Shown piece by piece: positions 36,471 through 36,913 of a DNA stretch of 36,913 nucleotides (position 1 is the first letter of the stretch; each line of letters starts with the position of its first letter). The notes below the pieces were generated by a model. The model was not told the DNA's origin. It saw only the letters and a program-made list of their open reading frames with translations, and did not search any database. The DNA lies in contig CAYOYT010000001.1 in NCBI GenBank assembly GCA_964408245.1, positions 36,412 through 73,324 on the forward strand, given 5' to 3'. The stretch comes from an uncultured Dongia sp. (GTDB taxonomy: Bacteria; Pseudomonadota; Alphaproteobacteria; Dongiales; Dongiaceae). The position numbers were made by a program, and so were the translations under genes.

Positions 36471-36809
36471 TCACGACCAAATCGGCTATCGATCGCTGTC
36501 GTATAGCCATGAATCGCCGCCGCATGCATTTGGAAGACTCTGGATCGTGGCAAACCGGTTCTATCGAGAATCGCGACTTTCCCAATTTCGCCGACCTGCC
36601 GTTACGGTTGCGTTACCACATGCGACCCAAAATACAGACGCCCTTTGTCGACCGTCAATATCCGACGCACCGCATCGGCTTCCGCCGGACCCGTGAATTG
36701 CAACCGTACTTTGCATGGAACGCCGATTTGTGTTCAGTACGATTGCAGCCATACCGGTTGCGGTTCGAACGGCCTATTCCGCTATTAGAAGCGTTTACTG
36801 TTTTCGACC

Positions 36810-36913
36810 GTCTCGAATGAATCCAACCGAGAGATTGAGCGGAAAGGCGTTTTGCCAGCGGAAATATTATGACGAATTTTTCTGATCGAATTGCATCAAC
36901 GTCTCAATCGATT
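36810..36913 (-). repeat. Two further copies of the hairpin repeat (second cut by the window edge)
   Basis: GTCTCGAATGAATCCAACCGAGAGA at 36810-36834 and GTCTCAATCG at 36901. Confidence 0.6.

Noticed and set aside
36561-36752. Small ORF or frameshifted gene upstream of the terminase
   Set aside because: No recognisable motif and competing frames, so it cannot be supported.
1-36913. Integrase, att sites, tRNAs, lysis genes
   Set aside because: None recognised, so prophage vs free phage cannot be decided from this window.

Overview
About 37 kb of a tailed phage or prophage, almost entirely encoded on the minus strand. It has an HK97-type head and a non-contractile tail. The host is probably a planctomycete, judged from the style of two accessory proteins. 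Reading right to left: putative small terminase, large terminase, a cluster of short hairpin repeats, a giant ~1860-aa portal fusion, pyrE, a ~11 kb island of small genes driven by a repeated promoter/operator/hairpin cassette, a RimI-like GNAT, MuF-like head protein, prohead protease, major capsid, neck genes, tail tube, frameshifting tail chaperones, tape measure and tail-tip genes running off the left edge. The main candidate new system is the portal. After its portal domain it carries an Acb1-like 2H phosphoesterase, a Zn ribbon, a GNAT-like domain and a possible ADP-ribosyltransferase. The modules are separated by [L/M/F/R]-K-[S/A] motifs that also fill the removable parts of the capsid and protease. 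Three modules start with a [W/F][D/E]ESKHPR..G[Q/K]F tag, and one linker copies the predicted N-terminus of the mature capsid. I infer a virion-packaged, protease-processed counter-defence polyprotein. All calls come from reading motifs by eye; no database search was run.
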